Origin: the human T2T-CHM13v2.0 reference genome, Homo sapiens
Direction: 5' to 3' (one strand)
DNA: 64,000 nucleotides
Assembly: GCF_009914755.1 (NCBI RefSeq)
Contig: NC_060926.1
Positions 37,990-51,666 of the stretch are shown here, one piece after another. The position numbers and the translations under genes are program-made. A model generated the notes under the pieces. It had not been told where the DNA came from and made no database searches. It saw nothing but the letters and a program-made list of their open reading frames with translations. Each line of letters begins with the position of its first letter. The stretch's first letter is position 1.

Positions 37990-39315
37990 CTGAAAAAAAC
38001 AAATGGGTCAACAAGCTGTTACATTATAAGTCAAAAATTTATGGAAGAAAAAAATGCATAAAGATGAAAACTTTTAAGTATTAATAATTACAGGGAACTC
38101 AGTAATTTTATAAAATGCAATACTTTCAAGTCACTGGCATTGTTGTTTCTATATAAAAATTTCATATAAATTAAAAGGTCAGTTTAAAAAAGTTGACTCT
38201 GAGAAGATCAGAGGTCATAGCTGTACAAATTCTAAACATTTTAAGTTAACTCAATTTTCAAATGTAATTTTCAGTTCTTAAACTTTCTGAAATATAAAGA
38301 AATTTAACTAAATGTTTAAAGTGAGTAATTCTCTGAGTTGTCAAAATGGGCACTAGAACTAGGTAGGAGTGGTGAGGGGAATATCCGAATTGTAGTCTCC
38401 CATTATGAACCATATAAAATCTCTTTTCCTTTTATCTTTCCTCCACACAATTTGCTCCATCTATTTGCCTCTTCTTTGACATAAACTTAGAGGGACATTG
38501 GGGCTAAAAGCTTGCACAAAAGCTATTCTTGCAAATGTCTTGACTCCATCACCACTGAAATAAATATTATGCTACCAAAATAGGAGAGGAATGAGTATGT
38601 GTTAGGGGAGGGGGTGTTGTCTGGTATAATTCTACCTAATTAATCAGACATTCACATGTCATATTCCTTGAAAACATTTTCTTAAGCCACATGGACATGT
38701 GGTGTCTCGTTTTCTACAATGACTGTTTTTTCCTATTTTAGTTGTGATGGAGTGGAAGCAAACCACCACAGATTATCTCACAAAGCAGCTATAATTCAGT
38801 TAAATCCGTGGAGTAATGTTAGAATAGCATTTTTGTTGTTTTTTTTAGAGACAGGGTCTCGCCCTGTCGCCCAGGTGCCCAGATGCCCAGGTTGGAGTGC
38901 AGTGGCACAATCACAGCTCACTGTAACCTTGAACTCCTGGGCTCAAACAATCCATAATAAGATTTTTAAAACATATAAAGCATTAATATGAGACTTAAAT
39001 GATGTTGTGAGACTAAAAACTTGCCTTAATAGTTTAAGCAATATCCTAGAAGACCAGCACACATTTTAAATTTTTCTGAAAATGGTACTGTTTCCCTCCC
39101 TGAAAACACCTAAAGTGTAATTAAAGTAAGTCTTAAACCCTTCCATCTATTTTAATTAAGAATTTAAGACTACAGGCTGTGCGCAGTGGCTCACGCCTGT
39201 AATCTCAGCACTTTTGGAGGCCAAGATAGGTGGCTCACTTGAGGCCAGGAGTTCGAGAACAGCCTGGCCCACATGGTGAAACCTCATCTCTACTAAAAAA
39301 TACAAAAATTACCTA

Positions 39316-39504
<189 letters not shown>

Positions 39505-39645
39505 TCAGTGGTTAAATGAAGAGCTTTCTCAACTGCATTATTCAGACCATGCCTCAAAAGAGATTTCTACATGGAAGTATTTTCCAATACCACAATGCAT
39601 TTATTATAAAGTAATTTTTTTTTAATGGAAGTAAATAACACTCAC

Positions 39646-39777
39646 CCAATGGCCTTTGCAATATAACCAAATGTGTTGACTGTGGCTCTACGAATAGCCT
39701 TTTTGTGGGCTTTTAAGAGCTCTAAAAGCTCAAAGCAAATCCTCATCCACTCTCTTGCAGATACATATTCAGCTCCC
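39646..39777 (-). CDS. SF3B1: SF3B1 exon 22 (132 nt)
   Basis: [43 protein letters not shown](G); TGG|GTGAGT donor. Confidence 0.97.
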
Positions 39778-40121
39778 CTAATTTAAAAAATACACATATT
39801 AATTATTGTGACATTAAGAAAAGTTTTAAGGATAAATTTGCAAATTCAGTTCTAAAAACATGATTAACTCATTTTAAGCATTAAATAAAACTTACTACTC
39901 TTCAGAAAGGCTGAAGAGTTAGTCTTACAGGTTTAGTCCTAAAATTACATTGCCACCCCCATTACCATCCAAATTGAAATTTGACTGAAAATATTAATAC
40001 TGGATAGCCTAATCTTTTACACTTATATTAGTGACATTAAGGAAATTTTGCTAATTGAATACAAAGTGGCCAAATTTGAAAACTGATACTGCTTATAAAA
40101 ATGTGTGGGTAATCTGCTTAC

Positions 40122-40242
40122 CTGTCAGCAATACGACCAACAAGATCAATACAATTCTCTTGTACTTTTTCATGTCTGTTCTTTAAGATGGGGGTGAGTC
40201 TAGGCAGCAGATCTTTAATTGGTGGAGTCATCTTATGCATAC
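40122..40242 (-). CDS. SF3B1: SF3B1 exon 21 (121 nt)
   Basis: [39 protein letters not shown](R); CAG|GTAAGC donor. Confidence 0.97.
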
Positions 40243-41715
40243 CTATTTAATAGAAGTCAATAAACTATCAACATTTGAATTGCAACTTTTGTTCACTTTC
40301 CTTTTACTTAGCAATGTCATATATGACTATGTATAAATATAAACTTACAGCTGCCTAGGGAAAGAGAAAGCCCCAGATTCTGACCAGACTCAGAATCGTT
40401 TTTAACTTTTATTAACAATTTTTGATTATGTATAGAAATGAAAGAAATCAGTGAAGTGATTTAAAGGATGATGGATACTCAATAACAAAAAAGTTTTGTT
40501 TGATTCTGAAATATATTTGTGCACTGACATTTAAATATGGGGACAGCTTATGTTCCGGCCATACACAACAATATAAGCCAGAGGTAAACATGTAAATAAA
40601 GCAAAAATTTCCAGAAAGGGCCCCCTTACCCTTTAACTGCAAAACAAACAGATCTCCAGTCTCCCTGCAATGCAGGGCATACTTGGATGGTATTTACACC
40701 TACGAAGAGAGAAAAAAGGAGGCAGCTGGCAGGGGCTCTTGCTCTAACTAGAATCACTTGCTCTGATTCTCTCTCCATTGCTCTTCCCATGCCTCTCTGA
40801 CAAACAATATGGTTTAAAACTCCCTGCAAACCAGAGCCCTACAAGTGGCCATGTAAATGATTTCTGGCAAGTAGCTATCTTCAAGTATAGAGGATAGGGT
40901 TGCATTGGAGATTATATGCAAATACAATAGTTTAAACATGTGTATCGCATAAATACCTCTTACAAAATGAGGAAAAACAAACAGTGGCTCTCTCACAGTC
41001 AGCTATTTTGACTTCTGCTAGGTTATCAGAGCCTCTAAACTCTGCAGGAGTTACATTTGGCAACAGTTATAATCAATTTAAAAAAAAGATTAAATATAAG
41101 AAACCATTTGTTTTCTTCATACTGCCCTAATGGAATAAAAACTTTGCTCTCCATATCCAAGACCATTTGTAATATAGCTGTATTACGGGTTAGAAAACTG
41201 AATGGACAGTATTTAAAACTTGGGTATGTAAATAAAGACAATAATTTGATCAGTTCACTTTTCTCTGATTATATTCCTTGAAACTGATCACAAGCAAAAA
41301 ACCTGTCATAATCGCTAATTCAAGGTTTAAATATATATATATTGTTCTAAAACTAAATTAAAACTTTAGGATTGCCTTTTCACCCCGCAGCAGAACATGG
41401 CAGAATATATTTCACCTGACACACTATTTCTACTAGGGTCCTGTATTCCATGACTTCAAAGCTTTTTGAGCTGTGACTACTCCCACCTCTCATGTAGGTC
41501 CTAAACTTACCCTTTTTTTCTCTTTAAAGTAAAATATAAATGGGTTTTGGGAAACAAGACTTTTGTGACATCCCCCGACTTAACTACAATCTTGAAGTGC
41601 TTTTAAAAAGCTAACAAAAACCTCCCAACTCCTAAATAAGATTTTACTTACGAAAAAAAAAAGAAAAAGAAAGTTAAAACAAGAAAAAGTCTTATGTAAC
41701 CAGCAAATTCCATAC

Positions 41716-41827
41716 CTATGACATTTACAATGGCCTTCAGTGCTCCAAGAATGCTGCCCAATACTTCAGGGTACTCTTCACCCAAATACTCATACAATAC
41801 AACACCCAAGTGTCCCATCAATTTTTC
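41716..41827 (-). CDS. SF3B1: SF3B1 exon 20 (112 nt)
   Basis: [37 protein letters not shown](G); TAG|GTATGG donor. Confidence 0.97.
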
Positions 41828-41909
41828 CTATAATAAAACAAATGTTAAAATGTTACTATTTACATTAAACTATTTGGGGAAGAAGTAAGAATTTGATGCA
41901 AAAGTTTAC

Positions 41910-42092
41910 CTCTTGACAAGTCTTCATGACAACAGCAGTTCGAGAAATCAAGTCAGCTGCCTGTTGCCTAACTTTAGCAGATTTGTTATTTAAACGCCAC
42001 AAAACTGTACCACAGATCTGAGGCAAGTATGGTTTGACTCGTTTGCCAAGAGCATTAACCACTGTGCCAAAGCCGTTCAACATTACTGAGTC
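41910..42092 (-). CDS. SF3B1: SF3B1 exon 19 (183 nt)
   Basis: [28 protein letters not shown]...MKTCQE. Confidence 0.97.
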
Positions 42093-42372
42093 CTAAAAAA
42101 TAAATTAAAAAAAAAGACATATTCATTTGGTTTATGACTGCACAGTTGAAATACACTAAGAGTCAACCTTTTCTAACCACCCAAACATCTGTTGCTGTTT
42201 TTTTACATCAAATCTTAAAACTTGAGGTAGAATAATATCGTTTGGTAACCCCCTGAGCATTTTAAAAATTACTTCAAATTCAATTGCATTCTAGAAAAAT
42301 TTGCTTGACAACTAATATGCTTTTCTACAAATATTAAAGTTAGTAGCAATGTGCCATAATAGTTTTCATTAC

Positions 42373-42594
42373 CTCTGTAGTCTGTTCTTGGAAAGCATAA
42401 AGAATACCATCAATCAGTTGTTCTTCAAGTTTATGATCAATATCTGCTGCTCCCAAATTGCCCATAATTTTCTCAATTGTCTCCATCACCATTTTTCTGT
42501 ACTGTTCGGCTTCATCTTTCAGATCATCCACAATCCTGGATATAATTTCTGCTGCACCTACTTTGTTTGCCAACTCCACAGTAGTATCAACTAA
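42373..42594 (-). CDS. SF3B1: SF3B1 exon 18 (222 nt)
   Basis: [18 protein letters not shown]...AFQEQTTE; GAG|GTAATG donor. Confidence 0.97.
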
Positions 42595-43057
42595 CTAAAA
42601 AGAACAGAAAAACAAAAAACCTTTTAGACTGCTTTTCCAAGGAAATAAAGCAACATCATGAAAACCAAATACTCTAAATATACTACTTATTTAGCTAATA
42701 AACATGGTAAGAATGATTCATTGCTACTTATTAAAGTTGAAGAGAAAAGTGACCAAACATCGAAAAATGAGTATAAGTTAACATGATTCAAGGTAAAACT
42801 GTGTCCATGTTTCATCTAGCCAGATAAAGCACTGAATGTACCAGACAAAAACATCAATTCACAGTTAAGTATTAATCCTCGAATCCAAAATCAAAATGGA
42901 AGTTAACTGGCTGACTAAAATCCATCTCCTTTCATAATCAAGCACATATAAACTGTGAGATAATCAAGGCAAAAAATAATATACAACATGCATTCAAGTT
43001 GACTAAAGAATGAGTTGAAAGGACTTTTGAGAATATTCTTTTACAATAAAAGCTTAC

Positions 43058-43183
43058 CTGTCGGTAATTTCTTCTATCCAAAGCCATCCTGTGCTGCCAG
43101 AAGTGTTTAAAAAAGGGAGGAAGAATCTCTGTTTTAATGTAGTTTGCTTCTACACCATCTGTCCCACAACACTGTTTTACCAC
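43058..43183 (-). CDS. SF3B1: SF3B1 exon 17 (126 nt)
   Basis: [42 protein letters not shown]; CAG|GTAAGC donor. Confidence 0.97.
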
Positions 43184-43399
43184 CTAAAAGGTTAAGAAAT
43201 AGTAATAATAAATCAACTGACCTGAAATGAAGAGAATACTCATTGCTGATTACGTGATTTTAAAAAATAAAATTTAAAAACAAATCAAACAGTATTCGTG
43301 TAACATACAGTTTTTTTTGTTGATTTTTAAAAACACTTTAAAATTCTGTTAGAACCATGAAACATATCCAGTTTACATTAACAAATCTGGAATAATTAC

Positions 43400-43546
43400 C
43401 TTCAGCACAATTTTTTTCATTTCCTCATCAGGAGACTGGAATTCTCGAATAAGGATTAACATCACTTCTCTAGTATAGTAGTTGGCATATTCTGCATCCA
43501 TAAGAGGAATAAGATACCCAATAGCCTTCAAGAAAGCAGCCAAACC
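43400..43546 (-). CDS. SF3B1: SF3B1 exon 16 (147 nt), starts at G742
   Basis: [49 protein letters not shown]. Confidence 0.97.
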
Positions 43547-43642
43547 CTATTTTTAAATAAAAAATATATGTACTTTAGTAATTTAGATTTATGTCGCCTT
43601 AACTTTAATGAAGATAAATCAAAAGGTAATTGGTGGATTTAC

Positions 43643-43788
43643 CTTTCCTCTGTGTTGGCGGATACCCTTCCATAAAGGCTTTAACACAGAATCAAAAGAT
43701 TCGATACCATAAGGAGTTGCTGCTTCAGCCAAGGCAGCAATGGCCAAAGCACTGATGGTCCGAACTTTCTGCTGCTCATCCACAAGAC
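43643..43788 (-). CDS. SF3B1: SF3B1 exon 15 (146 nt), contains K700 (AAA at 43766-43768)
   Basis: [21 protein letters not shown]...QHRGK; TGTAG| acceptor, AAG|GTAAAT donor. Confidence 0.98.
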
Positions 43789-44213
43789 CTACAAAACCAA
43801 ACACAGGTTTTAACTATGCCCCAACATTACCTAAGTTACACAATATCATCCAGATTCTCTCAATATATCAACTATTTAGCCAAACTGCAGAATATGTTCA
43901 CATTAAACAAAATTAGGTAAAAGCAAAACATGAACCATAGCCTGTCAGCAGATAATATAACAAACCCATCATAAAATCTATAGTTTGTAGAGCTATGCCT
44001 TTCCATTTATCTCCCCAAATCAGTAGCCCAAATTTTAGGACAGCTGTCCTATTAAACATGGACAGGCTGTGTGTGTACCTCTAGTCCCAACTACTAAGGA
44101 GGCTGAGCAGGAGGATCACTTGAGCCCAAAGGTTTGAGTCCAGTCTGGGCAACATAGTAAGACCCTGTCTCCTAAAGAAAAAAAAAAAAAGACAAAGTTA
44201 CATTACAACTTAC

Positions 44214-44484
44214 CATGTTCAATGATTTCAACTAAACTTCTAAGATGTGGCAAGATGGCACAGCCCATAAGAATAGCTATCTGTTGTACAATCTTAATAC
44301 CAGTGTGTCTCGCTTGCCAGGACTTCTTGCTTTTGCACACAGCTTTTAAGAAGGGCAATAAAGAAGGAATGCCCAGGGCAGAGGCTACAACAGCAAAAGC
44401 TCTAGCTGTTGTGTTACGGACATACTCATCCATGTTATCTATATCAGGTCTCATGGTAGAGATCATAGTAGCCAGACCAGCAGC
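44214..44484 (-). CDS. SF3B1: SF3B1 exon 14 (271 nt), HEAT hotspot exon (R625, H662, K666)
   Basis: [30 protein letters not shown]...[12 protein letters not shown]; TTTAG| acceptor, ATG|GTAAGT donor. Confidence 0.98.
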
Positions 44485-44606
44485 CTAAAATGTAAACAAA
44501 GAAAGGACAGTCATGAGTTGGTAATATTAATCTTCAACCATTTCTTTCCATAATCAATTCCATAAACAGATATAAATTTTCTTCTCTAGAAATTAAATGT
44601 AAATAC

Positions 44607-44693
44607 CTTTGCCAAATTAGAAATGATCTCTCGGCCTTCCACTCTAGCATAGTAATCTTCATCAATCAATAGCGGTTCAATGACCACGAGGAT
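44607..44693 (-). CDS. SF3B1: SF3B1 exon 13 (87 nt)
   Basis: [29 protein letters not shown]; TCAG| acceptor, AAG|GTATTT donor. Confidence 0.97.
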
Positions 44694-45244
44694 CTGAAAA
44701 AGAGAAAAAAGAGAAGAAGCTACACTTTCACATCAATTACTGATGAAATGCTCATGTACAGAATTAAACATACATAAGAAATTTAGAATTATCAGGACTT
44801 TTGTTAATCAAGGGACGAACTGTTTAAGAATTTTAATTATACAAGTTCAAACTCCAGACAGAGATGAAAATTTAAGAGAGCTATTAGTGACACACTAATA
44901 TTCAATATTTTTTAAAGAAATAACTTATACACCCTATGAACATACTGCACCATAATTACCATCGGTGAAAAAACTGGTTCTTAATACTAACTGGCGTTAG
45001 TTCTCATATGTTCTCATCCTAATCTAATTTTAATAAAAGCAAATGAAAAAATTAAATAATATGAACCTCTTACGGCAAAGATGACAAAAACTAACATCTG
45101 TACATCTGTATAAAACTGTATTTGTACATGTATGGTGTGTACTTGTGCAAAGGAAAAGGTCTAGGAGAATATGTAAATTTAACATTGATTAACTGAAAAA
45201 GTTAAAACTTTAAACTATCAGAAACACTATTAAGGAGAACAAAC

Positions 45245-45424
45245 CTTATGCACATATGGACGAACTAAGTCATCAAGTTTGTACAGTATCCTATCAATAA
45301 CTTTCACAAGTAAATGACGCTCTTGATCCTCAAGTGTAGGAGACATCAGCAGAGGAAGAATCTGATTAAACAAAGGACCAGCTCCAAATTCACGAGCTTT
45401 ATCAGTAATCTGACGCAATGCAGC
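45245..45424 (-). CDS. SF3B1: SF3B1 exon 12 (180 nt)
   Basis: [19 protein letters not shown]...RPYVHK; CCAG| acceptor, AAG|GTTTGT donor. Confidence 0.97.
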
Positions 45425-46038
45425 CTGGGAAAAAGAGCAGAGTAATAGGTGTGGTTTCTTTATAATCAAACATTTTGAATGAGCAAATTACTCAAAGAAG
45501 ATTTTCCATACTTTAATATTTTAGTGTTTACTTTTACACACATTTTACATAGACAGCATGAGTTCATTTCCATCCAAATTACTCTGGAATTTCAATTCCT
45601 GTGATAGAAATTTTATGTTAACTCAAAAGAGTAATTTAATAGAACGAACCACAGAGGTATGTACTAAATGCCTTCATTTCCCTGAAGTATCTTCCATTTC
45701 CAAGGCACATATAGTGTTAACATAATCCCTCACATAATTTCACTAATTATCTTCAAGCTTTAAGCATATTTTAAAGGCCTTAAGAACAAAAAGGAGAATC
45801 TCATTTTTCAGCATTTTTATTAGCTTTTTTAACCAAAGAATTTTGTGCTAACTCCAGCTGGGCACGGTGGCTCACACCTGTAATCCCAACACTTTCGGAG
45901 ACTGAGGCAGGAGGATCTCTTGAGCCCAGGAGTATTTAAATAATAATAAAAACAAACGGCTGGGCATGGTGGTTCACACCTGTAATCCCAGCACTTTGGG
46001 AGACCGAGGCAGGTTAATCATTTGAGGCCAGGAGTTCA

Positions 46039-46254
<216 letters not shown>

Positions 46255-46378
46255 TTAATAATAAAAACAAGCAAAAAAGTTAAATCCTTCACACTACATA
46301 AATTTTTTCCCCTCATGCTATGTCCTTGATAAAGATGAAGACAGTAATTATAAATTCCTAAACACAAAAATATAACAC

Positions 46379-46515
46379 TACCAAAAGTTAATTTTTTATG
46401 GGGAAGGCTTTCTAAATAACCTTTACCAATTTGGGCTATTTGGGAGAGTAAAGGAAAGACCACACTCCACAGCGGGCTATACCAATAGTTCACTACTATT
46501 TTGTGGTCTACATTT
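46379..46515 (+). ncRNA. SNORA4: SNORA4 (ACA4)-like H/ACA snoRNA retrocopy, antisense within SF3B1 intron 11; probably non-functional
   Basis: TACCAAAAGTTA...TTGGGCTATTTGG, H box AGAGTA at 46445-46450, GACCAC...GTGGTC stem, ACA at 46510-46512; A-rich tail and imperfect TSD AAAAATATAA(A)CA. Confidence 0.8.
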
Positions 46516-46735
46516 CCTGGTGAAAAAATTAAAAACATTTTTAAAAATATAAACATGGCCAGGTGCAGAGCCTCACACCTGTAATCCCAGCACTTTGGGA
46601 GGTAGGCCAAAGCAGGAGGATCACTTGAGACCAGCCTGGGCAACATGGCAAAACCCTGTCTCTACAAAAACTACAAATTTTTTTTAATTAAATAAATAAG
46701 CAACAAACATGACAATTTAACAAACTGGGACTTAC

Positions 46736-46837
46736 CTTTCTCATTGGTGGTGTTCCATTCTTAATTTTTAAAAGCAACTTCATTATTTTTCTCTCTTTTT
46801 GCTCTTCTGGACTAAGTGTTGATTCATCAACATCAAC
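46736..46837 (-). CDS. SF3B1: SF3B1 exon 11 (102 nt)
   Basis: [34 protein letters not shown]; ATAG| acceptor, AAG|GTAAGT donor. Confidence 0.97.
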
Positions 46838-46934
46838 CTATAGTAAAAAGAAAAAAATGTTAAGGGAAGTTGAAATGTTATGATTTATAATTCTGGAACA
46901 CAATTAATAGTTTATTTCTGCTAGTATCACTTAC

Positions 46935-47132
46935 CAATAGTTTATCAAAGTATTGAATATCATCAGGTTTTAAAAATGGAAGATTTCCAGATGGCTGGTC
47001 ATTAACACTTTTCATAGTTCGATCTTCAGTTTGCATGTGGAAACCAGTCATACCACCCAAAGGTGTTGGAGTAGCTGTCAGCTTTCGAGCTGGAGTTCGA
47101 ATAGGAACATAACCAGCTGGAGGAGGAAGTAC
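46935..47132 (-). CDS. SF3B1: SF3B1 exon 10 (198 nt)
   Basis: [17 protein letters not shown]...DIQYFDKLL; TTAG| acceptor, TTG|GTAAGT donor. Confidence 0.97.
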
Positions 47133-49656
47133 CTAATAAAAGTTATAAGACAGTTTAGGATTTTCTTAACTTAAAAAACAGCATAATGAACAATATTTGC
47201 ACTTAAAATATTTTAGTTTATTAGCTAATAAGGTTTTTATTTGCTTGGAGACAACATCTATCTTGCTTTTCTATCTTAATTAGAAACTTAAAATATATAC
47301 TTCTCATCCACTAACTGATTATATCCGTGGTGTAGGGAACTGAGGAAACACAAGAGAAGAGCTTAGAAAATACTAATCACATTCAAACATGTTGTGGGTC
47401 AAAATGTCAAATTATTAAAAATTTGAAAATTATAAAATCTGAGTCAGCAATTCCAAAAAATGCTGTAGTCGAGCAAATAATGTTTCATAAGATTTATATA
47501 AAATGGAAATAAGCTCATATGGGGCATAAAACATAAAAAATTATATTTTAGTATTAAAATGTCACATAAATTCTTGCACTACAAAATCTTTTAAGTGTAA
47601 AACTCTACAAAAATTAGTTAAATGCATAAAAACTAAAACCAAAATGTTTGCCAAAGCCCTATAAAATACACACCACCTGATCAAACCTTTTGCAAAACGA
47701 GTAAAATTTCAAAAAATGCAGGCTGAAAATCACAAAGAAATTTTTTTTTTTTTTTTTAAAGCTGGTAACAGACTTCAAAAAAAAAAAACAACTTCTGGAC
47801 AGGCCAGGATTACAGCACTTTGGGAGGCTGAGATGGGAGGAACGCTTGAGCCCAGGAGTTTGAGACCAGCCTTGGCAACATGGCAAGACCCCATCTCTAT
47901 TTTATATAATTTAATATATAGTAAAAGAAAAAAAATACAACTTCTTGGAGAGGTCAATAAACCTATACACGTCTTCTCCAGTGAGCCTAAAATTGTTTTG
48001 TCTATTAAAGATTAAATTATGTTAAATTTATATTGATGCTATCTGTACTTTGCACAGATATTTTTTGTTGCTAGTTAACGTCTGCACCAGCACAGACCAC
48101 TAAGCATTTTGGATAAAGTGGATACTCTAAAGATGTGAGGCCTAGAGAAATCAATGTCAAGTCCACAGGCATCACTTGCCATTAAGGATTTAAAGGTCTA
48201 CTATATTTTTATATTCACTAGTAAGGACGTTGCTTATTAGTAGGATTCACTAAGGGAGACTTTTCCTCCTAGTGACACTAAGGAAATCAATGACTACGAC
48301 TGAGAAAGACATGCAGGCAGTCAACAGTAAGTTCTGTCTATCTATACCCACAGTTCTATCTATACCCACAGCATTATGTGGAGGCTACAAAAAGCTTTAA
48401 GGCAAAACTTCATGCAAACTTGAAACAAATACTCTAACACAAATAACAGGGGATCAAAAACAAAACAAGGCTGGACACAGTGGCTCATGCCTATAATCCC
48501 CAGCAGTGTGGGAGGCCAATGTGGGTACTTTGAGCCTAGGAGTTTGAGACCAGCCTGGCAACACAGTGAGACTCCCGTATCTACAAAAAATAAAAAAATT
48601 AGCCAGGTATGGTAGTGCATGCCTGTAGCCCCAGCTACTCAGGAGGCTGAGGCAGGAGGATCACTTGAGCCCAGGAGTCCAAGGCTGCAGTGAGCTATGT
48701 CAGCGCCACTGCTCTCCAGTACGGGCAACACAGTGAGACCCTGTCTCTAAAACAAAACAAAACAACAAAAAACATACTCATGAACTGTTAAAAATCAATA
48801 GTCATTAACAGAAAAAGCTCTGTAAAGGCCATCAGATGACTTACAAAGTTATCTGGTTCCCCCTGGTTATGATGTCAGCTATACGACCACAGACTATCTT
48901 CAGACTAACAAATACTCCCTGAGTACCAGGTACCTAGAAAATTTTATAGTTCAAAATAAATTTTAGGTTGATATGATAAAAAGGCCAGGCACGGTAACTC
49001 ACGCCTGTAATCCCAGCACTTTGGGAGGCTGAGAGGGACGGATCACTTGAGGTCAGGAGTTCAAGATCAGCCTGGCCAGCATGGCGAAACCCTGTCTCTA
49101 CTAGAAATACAAAGATGAGCCGGGCATGGTGGTGGACACCTGTAATCCCAGGTACCTGGGAAACTCAGGCAAGAGAATCGCTTAAACCTGGGAGGCGGAG
49201 GTTGCAATGAGCCGAAATCACGCCACTGCACTTCAGCCTGGGCAACAGAGTGAGACTCCATCTTTTAAAAAAAAAAAAAAAAAAAATTCTTTGTGTCCAC
49301 TGACAATCCATAAACTTAAGTATATAAAATCTTGGTGAAGCACCAAGTAAAATAACCACAATCTCAACGAGCTTATTCCTGGGACTGCTAGAAAACTGAA
49401 GCACCAGCAGTTCTCAAAGTATAACCGATAGACCCATACACAAGTCTTTGAGATGTCTTTCAAAAAGTAATAAAAGTTTCATGTTGTTCATTTCTTTTCA
49501 TCTCTATATGGAACTGAAATATACCTGGAAATAGCTAAGAGAATGGAATGACAATAGTAAATTTGGGCAAAGCCAATGCAAGCTTAATCAATTTTTTTCA
49601 CTATTTAAAATAAATGTATATCCTAAATACCACCTCATTCAAATTTGATGTACTAC

Positions 49657-49778
49657 CTTATATCCTTCTGGGAACATAGCATCTAATTCCTCATCAGAAA
49701 GTGGGCGATTTCTCTCATCAATTTCTCTTTCCCACCGCCAAGCCTGAAGCTGTTCAGGAGTCATACTCATTATGTGAC
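49657..49778 (-). CDS. SF3B1: SF3B1 exon 9 (122 nt), p14/SF3B6-binding region ([17 protein letters not shown])
   Basis: GGTAG| acceptor, AAG|GTAGTA donor. Confidence 0.97.
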
Positions 49779-50027
49779 CTACCAAGAAAAGCAAATTTTT
49801 ATATAATCTATAGTACAAGACTGTATTATTACATACATTGAGATAAAAGACAGTTAAGATCAATCCTATTATTTGCTTTTATATTATAAACGCAAACCAA
49901 GACTTAAATTTGTATATCTCCTTATTCTTACTAGAAGTTGACATTAATAGTACACAGAATACCACAAAGGAAAAAATTAAATAATTTATGGAGAAAAAAA
50001 CAATTATGTCCAATGAGACAGTTCTAC

Positions 50028-50240
50028 CTGGAGTAGGGGTAGCCATGTTCATGGCTGGTGTGCCAATTGGTGTCTTTCCAGGGGTCAGAACTGGAGTGCT
50101 TCCACCCATCTGACTAGCTGGTGTTTCATCCCACCGTGATTTTCTTTTACTGGCTCCAGGAGTCGGTGTTTCACCAATAGAATCTCCACCTCGATCTGTT
50201 CGAGGAGTCTCAGCCCATCCACTTCCATGCCCAGGAGTAT
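50028..50240 (-). CDS. SF3B1: SF3B1 exon 8 (213 nt), GWAETPR...[11 protein letters not shown]
   Basis: TAAAG| acceptor, CAG|GTAGAA donor; ORF 49879..50271. Confidence 0.97.
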
Positions 50241-50649
50241 CTTTAAAAAGAAAGAGTGAGTAAAACCACAATTTTAATCACCGTTAAAATAATATTCTTT
50301 ATTCTCAAACAGTTATACTCAAAACTATCAAGTTCTAAAATAGAATATTCCTAAAATGGTGACCCATTTAAAGTTGTTTGAGACCAGCCTGATCAACATG
50401 ATGAAACTCTGTCTCTACTAAAAATACAAAAAGTAGCCAGGTGTGGTGGTGGGCGCTTGTAATCCCAGCTACTCAGGAGGCTGAAGCAAAAGAATCACTT
50501 GAACTGGGGAGGCAGAGGTTGCAGTCAGCCGAGAGCGCACCACTGCACTCTAGCTTGGGTGACAGAGCAAGACTCCATCTCAACAACAACAACAAAAAAA
50601 GTAAATTTGATGTTATGTACATTTTTCCATAATAAAAAACAAAGGGTAA

Positions 50650-51185
<536 letters not shown>

Positions 51186-51428
51186 GAAACACACAAAATC
51201 AAAGGTTACAGCCTACTAACTTTACTTTTACCTAAGGTTCTTCCTTAAATCTTAAACCACTTCAAGAAGTGGAAAAAATTAGGCATATGAACTGTTCTAT
51301 TCTTAATCTGTCCCCCAAAAGCAGCTGGTTATTTATACGTGTCCACCCAGGAATAAACAGAACACATTTCAGTCTGTAAACATATCACTCAACATTTCAC
51401 CCACACACCCATACTCCACTAGAAGTAC

Positions 51429-51666
51429 CTCTCTCTGTTTTGGGGGTTTCATCCCATCTGTTTTTACGAGCACTGGAAGTTGCGCCTCCATGGCCTGGTG
51501 TCGCATGGCCTGGTGTATCACCTCGTCCAGGAGTAGCAGCTCCCGCTGGTGTGTGGCTAGGTGTAGGATCCCATATTTTTGAGCCTGGGGTTGCTCCAGG
51601 AGTCTCGCTTCCCTTTGCACGACCTGGTGTCTCATCCCATCTTAAGGAAGGAGTATGCCCAGGGGT
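51429..51666 (-). CDS. SF3B1: SF3B1 exon 7 (238 nt), TP-repeat/ULM region (RWDETP)
   Basis: TTTAAG| acceptor, GAG|GTACTT donor; ORF 51397..51705. Confidence 0.97.

Noticed and set aside
44172-44213. Strong Alu-derived acceptor (poly-T...CTTTAG) just after the exon 14 donor
   Set aside because: Only about 42 nt from the donor, below the practical minimum intron size.
48339-48371. Short tandem duplication TATCTATACCCACAG x2, and GACTAGAA repeats at about 56299-56345
   Set aside because: Ordinary slippage duplications with no sign of function.
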